From a virus (taxonomy: Duplodnaviria > Caudoviricetes), in the IMG/VR virus record IMGVR_UViG_3300017733_000043, positions 1-25,100 of that record: a DNA stretch of 25,100 bases; one strand, given 5' to 3'. Shown here in pieces: positions 1 to 8,468 of the stretch. The position numbers and the translations under genes are program-made. The notes under the pieces were generated by a model, which was given only the letters and a program-made list of their open reading frames with translations, did not search any database and was not told where the DNA came from. The first letter of the stretch is position 1; every line of letters begins with the position of its first letter.

Positions 1-2373
1 AGTTGATGCAATAGTGACCCATTGATTAAGAGCAATTGCTGCTTGCGTGCCACCGTTAATTGCGTATTTTTGGTCTACTCCGTCGTAAACTTCAACTGTA
101 GAGTAATAAGTAAGTCCGCCAGTAGGAATCCAACTGCCACCACCATTCAAATAGCCACCTTGGGCACCGATCGTGCCATCAAAGGTACGAGTTTCTTGAC
201 CACTTGTAGAAACGGCAGGTGAGAACATCCCACTCCAAACGGCACTCTGGTTATACACCGAGCTATTTAATCCACCAGCAGCAATTGTTGTGTTGGAAGA
301 TCCGGCGTCCCACGCCCAGCCCACTCCGCTTTCACCATGATAAGTAATATCATCACCATCTGCCAGCGAATAACCGGTGCTGTTAAAAGTTATGGTTGAG
401 CCTGAATTTTCTGAAGCAGTAGTATTCGGATAAAGTTTTTTATTGTTTCCGCGAACAATGTCGTAAAGAGCGTGATTTCGTGCCCCTGCTCTGCTTTTCG
501 TCCAGACTAAATCTGGACTAAAACTATAACCGCTGACGCTTGTTGAGTTGCCTTGGCCTGCTCCAGTAAATAATTTCGTATCAAAATACTTACTGCCATC
601 CGCAATCGTTGGCTCAGGTAAGTTTGCTGTGCATAAGGCTTTGTAGCCGCTTGGTACGTTGCTATTGGCGAAGGCACGTTGGCCGAAGTTCCAATTCCCA
701 GTCGCATCGGATTCACCACTACCAAAAAAGTAAGGACCACTAGTCAAACCAGTAAACGCAGCGGTCCCTGAATTTTGGATCGTCCCATTTTTGTAGAAAT
801 AAAGATTGCCACCATCAGCATCGAAAGCTATTCCTACAACGTCGTTAGTAGTAAGGGAGTTCCCGTATGAAGAATCCGAGCCGTTGTTATATGTTACGCC
901 AGTGTGATTATATCCATACTGTGACGCTTGCGATCCAAAATAACTGGAAAAAACAAGCGCATTTGAAATACCTGCCAAGAACCTTGTTCCTGTCATCGTA
1001 AATTCTGCATACCATTTACCAGAAGAAACCCCAATCGTTGAGTAAGACTCTTTGCCGCTACCAGATCCCAAAGCAGTAATATCTAGATTGCCATTAGCAA
1101 TAGTTACCTGACTCCCAAGCGTTAAAGGATTGAGCGTCGCATAATTGCCCGTGATTTCTCCGCCCGCTCCAGTGTCACTTGCTGTGTCGCCGTTGGTTGG
1201 GGTGTCAACTAGGGAGTCGTTGTCTGGAGAAGTTATTACACCGGTCCCCAACAAAGAATACGTTGCACTTGGTACATTTTGCACACGGCAGTACCTATAA
1301 CGAGTGCCTGAGACCACAAGCGAGTGAGTTCCATTTGCAATCGTACCGCTATTCGGTCCAGCAACTGCACTTGCAAAACTTGGATCGTTTGATAAATACC
1401 AAGTTTGATCGCTTTGTGATCCTACGCTCCAATTAGTTAAGCTAAAACTTTGTGCAGTATTGCCAAAATCCCATGTAATTACCCAACCGCTATTTGTAGC
1501 AGTCCAAGTATTGCCGGAATAAGATCCTAAAGTGTCAACGTTACCAATTGCAGCATTGTATGCTCCGGCAGCAACACCTCCTCCTGTATAAGTAAGATGA
1601 ATTATTGCTTTAGCATTAGAACTGCCAACGCTTAAATTATTAACTGTCCAGGTGTTCGAGTTACCGGATGAGTCGGTGCCCAGCGCCGCATTGCTGCTGT
1701 TATCTGCAAACTTAAGCCTGAATCCATTCGTCCCAAACGTAAGCCCGGCTGTATCAATGGCTTGCCACACTCCGTTATCGTCAAATTCCCCAAATGACAG
1801 GTGGTCAAGCTGAGACCCGTCGATGAAGTTCACCTCGGCTAGATAAGTATTATTAAAAAGTGCAGCATTCTGATAACAGCCAATCGTATGTATTACGGCA
1901 GAATTGATGTAAGTTTCTCTGTTCAGCGATGGGTAATTTGATGTAGAAAAACTTGTAACTTTTACACCATTTATATATAAAGAAACTCTTTCGGTCGAAG
2001 TGCTATTTGTCGTGTCAATTGCCAATATAAAATGATACCAAGCAGACGTATCTCGGAAAAGTTGATCTGTAGTCAGTACCCAATCAAGACTACTAGTGTA
2101 GTCGTAAATAGTTAATTTATCGGAGCTATTAAACTCAAAACCAAAACTAGTGGTTACGTCAGCTCCACTTGAAAAAAGTGTTTGTTGAGCTCCTATCTTT
2201 GCACGTTTTACCCAACTGCTCCAAGTCCACGTCTTGCGACTACCTGCAGAACTTGGGGTTCTAGATAAATAGGCAGAATCACCTGAGTTAAACCTAAGAC
2301 TACGTTCAATCTCGTAGCCACCACCTCCTTGTCCAGAGGCACCGGCTAGAATATTATTAGATACTACACTCAT
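1..2373 (-). CDS. Large tail fibre / receptor-binding protein with LamG (ConA-like) and SPRY-like domains; 3' end truncated by the window edge
   Basis: Absent from the ORF track, consistent with no stop before the window edge. ATG at 2373 overlaps the upstream stop (ATGA). Manual translation gives MSVVSNNILAGASGQGGGGYEIERSLRFNSGDSAYLSRTPSSAGSRKTWTWSSWVKR...AWYHFILAIDTT...GTNGFRLKFADNSSNAALGTDSSGNSNTWTVNNL, and spot-checked stretches down to position 1 are open. These motifs are typical of cyanophage LamG-type fibre proteins. Confidence 0.85.
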   Translation of the reverse strand, partial: MSVVSNNILAGASGQGGGGYEIERSLRFNSGDSAYLSRTPSSAGSRKTWTWSSWVKRAKIGAQQTLFSSGADVTTSFGFEFNSSDKLTIYDYTSSLDWVLTTDQLFRDTSAWYHFILAIDTTNSTSTERVSLYINGVKVTSFSTSNYPSLNRETYINSAVIHTIGCYQNAALFNNTYLAEVNFIDGSQLDHLSFGEFDDNGVWQAIDTAGLTFGTNGFRLKFADNSSNAALGTDSSGNSNTWTVNNLSVGSSNAKAIIHLTYTGGGVAAGAYNAAIGNVDTLGSYSGNTWTATNSGWVITWDFGNTAQSFSLTNWSVGSQSDQTWYLSNDPSFASAVAGPNSGTIANGTHSLVVSGTRYRYCRVQNVPSATYSLLGTGVITSPDNDSLVDTPTNGDTASDTGAGGEITGNYATLNPLTLGSQVTIANGNLDITALGSGSGKESYSTIGVSSGKWYAEFTMTGTRFLAGISNALVFSSYFGSQASQYGYNHTGVTYNNGSDSSYGNSLTTNDVVGIAFDADGGNLYFYKNGTIQNSGTAAFTGLTSGPYFFGSGESDATGNWNFGQRAFANSNVPSGYKALCTANLPEPTIADGSKYFDTKLFTGAGQGNSTSVSGYSFSPDLVWTKSRAGARNHALYDIVRGNNKKLYPNTTASENSGSTITFNSTGYSLADGDDITYHGESGVGWAWDAGSSNTTIAAGGLNSSVYNQSAVWSGMFSPAVSTSGQETRTFDGTIGAQGGYLNGGGSWIPTGGLTYYSTVEVYDGVDQKYAINGGTQAAIALNQWVTIAST

Positions 2374-2894
2374 GAATAATCAGCAGTAAAGACTGCATGA
2401 ATAGAAGTTCCAGATCTCACGATGTAATCAACTCTATCTACTTTCGATGCAGCACTTAGCGTTGGTGCAGTACCTGTCGTAAAGTCCCAATAGCTACCCC
2501 AAGCTCCGGTATAACCAGTGCTACCTTGGACAAGAAAGATAGAACCTGATTGACCAGCAACTAGGTTTGTAGGGTTAGCAATTGTTGTGTTCTGACCTAA
2601 TGTCAAACTAAAGTTATTAGATGCACTGAAGTCTGGAGTTACCGTAGTACCAGGCGTCAACGTAGTAATCGTTGCACGTTGTGCAGCAGTAAACGTCTGA
2701 GCAGCATCAGTTACAGCATTAGTAGCTGGTAGTGCATTTGCCTCTACAAGGGCTGAACCCTCTTTAACGTACAGTTTGTCTTGGTCTGTTGCATAGCAAA
2801 TTTCTCCTTCCTGAATATCGGATACGGAGGAATTAAGATTTGAATAAGTACCCCGTGCAACACGCACTGGAGTCCTAGAAGCAGGTGTAGGCAT
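2370..2894 (-). CDS. Tail fibre-associated protein (N-terminal Mtd_N/hyaluronidase-like adaptor domain)
   Basis: N-terminus VRVARGTYSNL...EGEICYATDQDKLYV resembles Mtd_N-type adaptors. C-terminal beta-rich DFSASNNFSLTL...APTLS...VDRVDY module is common in phage fibres. Lies between two fibre genes with overlapping start/stop codons. Confidence 0.75.
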   Translation of the reverse strand: MPTPASRTPVRVARGTYSNLNSSVSDIQEGEICYATDQDKLYVKEGSALVEANALPATNAVTDAAQTFTAAQRATITTLTPGTTVTPDFSASNNFSLTLGQNTTIANPTNLVAGQSGSIFLVQGSTGYTGAWGSYWDFTTGTAPTLSAASKVDRVDYIVRSGTSIHAVFTADYS

Positions 2895-4468
2895 TAGAAT
2901 GATCCTCCGTCAATAGTCAAAGTAGATGAGATAGTAGATGTTCCGTTATCAAAGTTTCCTGCATCAATTGCAATTACTTTGTTATCGTCAACGTATTGTT
3001 TAGTAGCAGCATGTAAGGTCGCTGTAGGTGCAGCATGTAAGGTAATAAAACCTGTCATAGTGCCACCAGTAAGAGCAAGTCTGGAAGATACATCTGCTGT
3101 ACCCCAAGACAATGAACCACTACCATCAGTAGATAAGAACTGACCGTTAGTACCAGTAGTATTAGGTAGTGTCAGCGTATAGTTAGCACCGGCACTATGT
3201 GGTGGTCCTTTAATCTTAATACCGTGAGAGTTATTCTCACAGTTAAGAGTTAGTTCACCACTACCATTTGTACCATCACCTTTGACAATAACATTATCAT
3301 CAAAGCTAACAGCACCAGTAAAAGTACCGCCAGCTAGTGGCATCTTTGTAGCAATATTAGTAGTATTAGTATTACCAGCAGTCTTTGTAAAATACCTATC
3401 CTCTGGATCATTAGCAAAGTAATCAACCCAGTTCCAGGTAGAACCTGAAGAACTATATTGAATACGTGCTGTAAGACCAGAGCTACCAGTAAAGCCAACT
3501 GGATAACCAGTCAACGGTGTAAAGCTTTGGATACCCGTTGAATCAGCTACTTCGACTCGATCGTTATCACTAGGAGACGATGGAATGCCTGCTACGTTTG
3601 CAACTGGTGAATAGAAAGCAGCACTAGAGACAGCACTCTGAGCTGCGTTAGCCGTAGCCACAGCAGCCGTAGCATTGGTATCTGCTGTATTAGCTGTAGT
3701 TACCGCAGCAGTAGCATTTGTATCTGCTGTATTGGCTGTAGTAACTGCATTATTAGCTGTAGTTGTAGCAGTAGCAGCATTAGCTAGTGCCGTATTAGCA
3801 GTTGTGGTTGCAGAGTTAGCAGTTGTAATTGCTGTAGCAGCATCTGTAGCTGCTGAGTTAGCAGTATTTACAGCAGTAGTTGCATTAGTAGATGCAGTGT
3901 TTGCTGTATTAACTGCTGCTGTAGAGTTAGTTTCAGCAGTATTAGCCGTGTTAACAGCAGCCGTTGCATTAGAAGATGCTGTATTAGCAGTAGCTACAGC
4001 AGCACTAGCGTTAGTATCAGCAGTGTTTGCAGTAGCAACCGCAGCATCAGATTTAGTATTGGCTGTGTTAGCAGTAGTCACTGCTCCGTTAGCAGTCGTT
4101 ACAGCAGAGTTAGCTGTGGTTACTGCACCGTTAGCTATAGTGGTAGCTGCTGCGGCTTCAGTATCAGACTCTTGTGTAACGTATAAGTTTTGAGTGAAGT
4201 TTTGGTTTAGATCCTCAGCTTTAATGGCGGAGCCAGGGAAAAAAGTAGAGCTAAGAGTATCGATAATAGTATCACGAAAGATACGAATAGCGACACCATT
4301 AGCAGGTGCTGTGGTGAATGCCAGCGTTGTAGCGTTAGCAAATGTAAATGCAGTTGTAGCAACTGTGTCAAGTGTTACCTTGACATCAGCTTGTTTCAAA
4401 TATTCAAATGTAAATGAATAGTTCGTTGTAGAACCATTCCCTGTGTATTCGATAAAAGTGTTAGCCAT
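2894..4468 (-). CDS. Tail fibre protein (T7 gp17-like N-terminal domain)
   Basis: N-terminus YTGNGSTTNYSFTFEYL...FFPGSAIKAEDLNQNFTQNLYVTQE is the T7 gp17 anchoring domain. It is followed by an Ala/Thr/Asn heptad shaft and a cyanophage fibre motif LNCENNSHGIKIKGP; position directly after gp16. Confidence 0.92.
   Translation of the reverse strand: MANTFIEYTGNGSTTNYSFTFEYLKQADVKVTLDTVATTAFTFANATTLAFTTAPANGVAIRIFRDTIIDTLSSTFFPGSAIKAEDLNQNFTQNLYVTQESDTEAAAATTIANGAVTTANSAVTTANGAVTTANTANTKSDAAVATANTADTNASAAVATANTASSNATAAVNTANTAETNSTAAVNTANTASTNATTAVNTANSAATDAATAITTANSATTTANTALANAATATTTANNAVTTANTADTNATAAVTTANTADTNATAAVATANAAQSAVSSAAFYSPVANVAGIPSSPSDNDRVEVADSTGIQSFTPLTGYPVGFTGSSGLTARIQYSSSGSTWNWVDYFANDPEDRYFTKTAGNTNTTNIATKMPLAGGTFTGAVSFDDNVIVKGDGTNGSGELTLNCENNSHGIKIKGPPHSAGANYTLTLPNTTGTNGQFLSTDGSGSLSWGTADVSSRLALTGGTMTGFITLHAAPTATLHAATKQYVDDNKVIAIDAGNFDNGTSTISSTLTIDGGSF
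3640..4150 (-). repeat. Degenerate 21/42-nt coding repeat (7/14-aa A-V-x-T-A-N-T-A units), coiled-coil shaft of the tail fibre
   Basis: The protein repeats AVTTANTADTNATA-like units about a dozen times, with a near-exact 42-nt duplication around 3670-3750. Confidence 0.85.
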
Positions 4469-4487
4469 TACGCTTTAGTGTTTGTGT

Positions 4488-7400
4488 TTAATAAGAAAAC
4501 GCTTCCATCCGATCCAAAAATTCACGTGCTGCATCTTGTTGACCTCTTTGCAAATAAATAGAAACGGTTTCGTTGATAAACTGTTTTTTAGAAATTGCAT
4601 CACGTTCAGATGACAAGGCAGCAGCAGCATTCATAGCGTTACGTAATTCAAAACGCAGTTTTTTGTGGATACCTTCAAAATTACTTAGGTCAACAGGTAA
4701 CCCTTGTCTTACAGCTCTCATGTAATTTTTTCTAAACTGTTTTGCGTCAGAAGTACGCATTACACGCTTAATACCTTCTAAAAAGAATTTTTCACGACCC
4801 ATAATGTTGGTAATTTCAGACCGTTGTTCAGGTGTATATTCAACGCCGCGGCCATTAGTACGAAGGCTTGGGCGTGCGTCAAACTCAACCATTTGCAAGA
4901 ATTCTTTTTCTTCAGAAATTTTTCCGCTAACTTTCCAAGGCATGTAATTGTTCCAGACACGTGTCATGAAACCTTCAAACATGTTGCCAGCTTTGTCTGG
5001 GTATCCAATTCGGTCACCGTCAATCCAGTCGTATTTTTGTGGCATCTGGCTTTTGAGAAACGGCAGGCGGTTGCGTGCCATGTCAAAGGTAGTTGACTGT
5101 ACTTCCTTCAGACCAGGGTCCATAAGACGTGAAATCTCGGCCATTTGACTAGACATTGGTGCGTTAGCAGCAACCAAGAAACTGCCAGCCCAACGATTAA
5201 TAGCACCGACATCACCACGTGCAACGTCTAAGAATGGTTCTAAACCAGCCATAAATGACTTGTCAGTTACTGATGCTGCAAGAATAAATCCAAGTTTACG
5301 GAATTGTTCACTGATGTCATTAGGTGTAAGTGAATCCATGTTATCTGCCACGTCAGCAACCGCAGCAAACCAATTGCTGATAGGGCCAAGGTTGTCGTAA
5401 CTTACCCAATTACCACCAGGCAACCTAATAGAACGCGGTTTCCAGCCAGTCTCACGACGCAATGCTTGCTTTTGTTTGTCAGCAAGACCATTGCCAGTGA
5501 TTCTGTCAGTCATAAACAAGCCAACAGCAGAACTGACCATCAAAGTACCAAGAGCAGTACGACCATAAAGGTCAGCACGAATCTCTCCATACTTTTGGAA
5601 CTTTTGCTCATAGCTCATTTTAGACAAGTCACCGTCCTTTAAACCACGTGACTTAAGGACATTATCAATGTCTTCCTTAGCCATGTCTTGTGGCTTAAGT
5701 TTAAAGTTGCTGTACTCCATCATAAACAAGTTATGTGGGGAGTAAGACTTAGCCAAAATAAGGTCGTTTACAGGTGTTTTGGTAAACAGCAAGAACGGCT
5801 TCATGATGGGGAACCGAGCAACTAAACCAGAAACTGCGTTCGTGGCTTCGTTGTCCACAGACATTGCAATTTCACCAGACGTAAATTTAACAACATCATC
5901 ATTGATAAGACCATCTTCATCAAACATACCTTTGTAGATACGGTCGTAATGTTCTTTAGCTGCTGCTTCAGTAAAGGTCCTTTTACCATTATCAGTAACT
6001 AGGTCAAATGCTCTGCCACGTGCTTCTGCATGAGCAATCATGGTTTGAGTAAACCCGTCAAGAGCTTGCATAGCACGGTTACCAAAACGAAGCCAAGGAT
6101 GATTAGCCAAATCATTCATTTCTTGGATGCGTTCTACAGCAATCATCGGTCCTAGGTCACCTTCAGCTTCTTTGGCTACGGCAATCCTTTTCAAGATGTC
6201 AATTTGATCTTGGTTTTTGACAAAGATATTTTCACGACCAAGGTCAGCAACATTAGGTTCAGTTGCACTGCGTTTAAATACTTCACCCATATACTTGAGT
6301 GATTCATGCAGCACGTCTAAATCCATACCGTACTGGTAGATAGCACGACGCATCTGTTGTCCCTCGCCAAAGCGAAGACCACCAATCATTGCACCAAGTG
6401 GCTTCTCAACCAAACCTGCCATGTTACTAACTCCAGCTTTAATTGGAGTAGCAAATGCACTGAGAGTTGAGTTGTAGACGTTAGACCAGAAACCTTGCAA
6501 AACTACTGACTGGGTACCAACATCACCATCAATAAGTGCTTTACGGATAGTGCCTGTAGATTCTTTGAGGAACTTGTTTAGTGACGCCATAGTGTTTACC
6601 TTTCCATCGGTAAACTCATAGGCCATCAACAAAGCATTAAAATACTCAGGATTTTTTTCTTTGACTTCACGTAACACGTCTGTAGTCATCTTTGCATCCA
6701 TGCGAATCTTGTCGATAGCACGGAGTGTATCGTTGGATTCTTCTTTCATAATCCGGTCGATACGTGATGCATACGCTTGCTGATTAGCTTTGGATTGAAC
6801 ACTGCCTTCCATCTTAAGGCGGTTCCACATGTTAGTCAGGTTTAGTGCCCGTCCACGTACATATGTAGCCCGTCCACGCATAGCCATCAAATACTCAAGA
6901 CGATCGATGAGTTGTTCTGATGCGTTGTCAATAGCAGGTGTGCCATCAGTCAGGCGGATACCTTGTGCAGTGTCAGATACTTGTCCAGACAGTGAAGTTG
7001 CGAGGTATGTTTCTGCTTTAGCCTGATCCATGTTGACCAGGTCACTCGTATACTTTTTAATTAGTTTGCGGGCAGCTTCCATACCTGTGGAACTGAGTGT
7101 AGTTACACCCATTTCACCAGACTTTTCAGTAAGCTCCTTAGTAAACATTGCCTTCATCTGTTCGATGGGCATGTTCCAATACTTCTCTGCCATCTCATCA
7201 CCAACTTTGGCGATTTCTTTAGCAGTAGCGTAGTCACCATTAGGAAACTTGACGTCAATATCAGTGTCCTTAAGTTGCTCACCAATACCACGCAAGGTGA
7301 CATTCATGTCGTAATCAAGGTCCAGACCACGTTTAATTAGTCCGTCAGGTAAAAGACTACCGACACGACCATAAATACTGCCGCCGCCATTTGTAGCAAC

Positions 7401-8468
7401 CTGCCAAGCGTCAATAGCTGCAAGGTTGACATCACCATCAACGGATCGTGCAATAATTTCTTGTTCACCATACAGGTCATGGACACCGTAAATAGGCTCT
7501 GACAAAGCAAGCTCTACGTCTCCACCTGCTTTTTCTACAGCTTTGTTGTAATTGTATTCACCAATGTTATCAAGAGCATTTACACGCTGTTCTGCAGAAA
7601 AGTTGACAGCTTCTTCTGGCGTTAGGTTTTGTTTAGCGTTGTATTTTTCAGTGTAGACACCAGCTTTTTCTGACTTCGGTACGTACGTGGTACGGAGACC
7701 ACGGACATTCTTAAGCAACTGCAGACCGCCAATCAGTACGTCAGTACCTATACCAAGGTAGACACCTTCAGTAACGTTCTTTGCACGCTTAACATCAGCA
7801 CCATCAGTAGGTAATGTTGCCAAATCTTCAGGAATCCAGCCATACCAACTAGGCCAATTTTGTTTTAGTGTGCCAGCTAGGTTTTCATCTGTCTGGTTAA
7901 TTTCAACGGTGTAGTCAACAAAAGCACCAGTGCCTGCGCTGAATGCCATACCACCGATCTTTTTGACCATTGGATCAACAAGGAACTTGGCTTTTTTATA
8001 TCTGCCAGCTATAGTTGCCGCTTTCGCAGCAAGACCGGCTGAGCCAAGGCCACCTAAACCAACAGTAGGAATAATGATGGATGACAAGTTACGTACAGTT
8101 TGAGTGACTTCACTTTCAAACTCAGGTACTTTCGGAATCTCTACACCAGGAACAAGATTTAAAAAATCTACAGCAAAGTCGGTTACACCAACAACTGGAG
8201 CTGCAGCTAACTCACCAGCAAATTCAATTGCTGATTGTTCCTCTTGTTCTTCGTCTTCTCTTTGTTCAGTTTCAGCAGCAACCTGTGGGTCAGGTCCTAC
8301 TGGTTCAGGTGTTTGTTCTTTAGTTGTAGGTTGTTGTGGTGAAGCCGTAGCTTCGGGTTGTGCAGTTTCTTGCTGTTGTTTTGCGAGTTCTTCTTGAGCT
8401 TTTTGCTGTTCAATAAACTCGTCATCGATGTCGGGCGTACCCGGCATTCCGCTAAGATAACTATTCAT
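4488..8468 (-). CDS. Internal virion protein (T7 gp16-like ejectosome component)
   Basis: 1326 aa helical protein directly upstream of the fibre gene. C-terminal PFLLFTKTPVN and GRITGNG-like/GWKPRSI...WVSYDNLGP segments are typical of gp16 homologues. Confidence 0.85.
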   Translation of the reverse strand: MNSYLSGMPGTPDIDDEFIEQQKAQEELAKQQQETAQPEATASPQQPTTKEQTPEPVGPDPQVAAETEQREDEEQEEQSAIEFAGELAAAPVVGVTDFAVDFLNLVPGVEIPKVPEFESEVTQTVRNLSSIIIPTVGLGGLGSAGLAAKAATIAGRYKKAKFLVDPMVKKIGGMAFSAGTGAFVDYTVEINQTDENLAGTLKQNWPSWYGWIPEDLATLPTDGADVKRAKNVTEGVYLGIGTDVLIGGLQLLKNVRGLRTTYVPKSEKAGVYTEKYNAKQNLTPEEAVNFSAEQRVNALDNIGEYNYNKAVEKAGGDVELALSEPIYGVHDLYGEQEIIARSVDGDVNLAAIDAWQVATNGGGSIYGRVGSLLPDGLIKRGLDLDYDMNVTLRGIGEQLKDTDIDVKFPNGDYATAKEIAKVGDEMAEKYWNMPIEQMKAMFTKELTEKSGEMGVTTLSSTGMEAARKLIKKYTSDLVNMDQAKAETYLATSLSGQVSDTAQGIRLTDGTPAIDNASEQLIDRLEYLMAMRGRATYVRGRALNLTNMWNRLKMEGSVQSKANQQAYASRIDRIMKEESNDTLRAIDKIRMDAKMTTDVLREVKEKNPEYFNALLMAYEFTDGKVNTMASLNKFLKESTGTIRKALIDGDVGTQSVVLQGFWSNVYNSTLSAFATPIKAGVSNMAGLVEKPLGAMIGGLRFGEGQQMRRAIYQYGMDLDVLHESLKYMGEVFKRSATEPNVADLGRENIFVKNQDQIDILKRIAVAKEAEGDLGPMIAVERIQEMNDLANHPWLRFGNRAMQALDGFTQTMIAHAEARGRAFDLVTDNGKRTFTEAAAKEHYDRIYKGMFDEDGLINDDVVKFTSGEIAMSVDNEATNAVSGLVARFPIMKPFLLFTKTPVNDLILAKSYSPHNLFMMEYSNFKLKPQDMAKEDIDNVLKSRGLKDGDLSKMSYEQKFQKYGEIRADLYGRTALGTLMVSSAVGLFMTDRITGNGLADKQKQALRRETGWKPRSIRLPGGNWVSYDNLGPISNWFAAVADVADNMDSLTPNDISEQFRKLGFILAASVTDKSFMAGLEPFLDVARGDVGAINRWAGSFLVAANAPMSSQMAEISRLMDPGLKEVQSTTFDMARNRLPFLKSQMPQKYDWIDGDRIGYPDKAGNMFEGFMTRVWNNYMPWKVSGKISEEKEFLQMVEFDARPSLRTNGRGVEYTPEQRSEITNIMGREKFFLEGIKRVMRTSDAKQFRKNYMRAVRQGLPVDLSNFEGIHKKLRFELRNAMNAAAALSSERDAISKKQFINETVSIYLQRGQQDAAREFLDRMEAFSY

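Noticed and set aside
22-1436. Short ORFs 22..222, 507..740 and 1179..1436
   Set aside because: All lie within the long minus-strand fibre gene (1..2373), antisense or out of frame.
1-2894. Diversity-generating retroelement suggested by the Mtd_N-like domain
   Set aside because: No reverse transcriptase and no template/variable repeat pair seen in this window.
3640-4150. Possible CRISPR-like array
   Set aside because: Repeats are degenerate, in frame and coding, with no unique spacers and no cas genes.
3675-4421. Hydrophobic Val/Ala/Leu plus-strand ORFs resembling membrane proteins
   Set aside because: Antisense reading of the tail fibre repeat and N-terminus.
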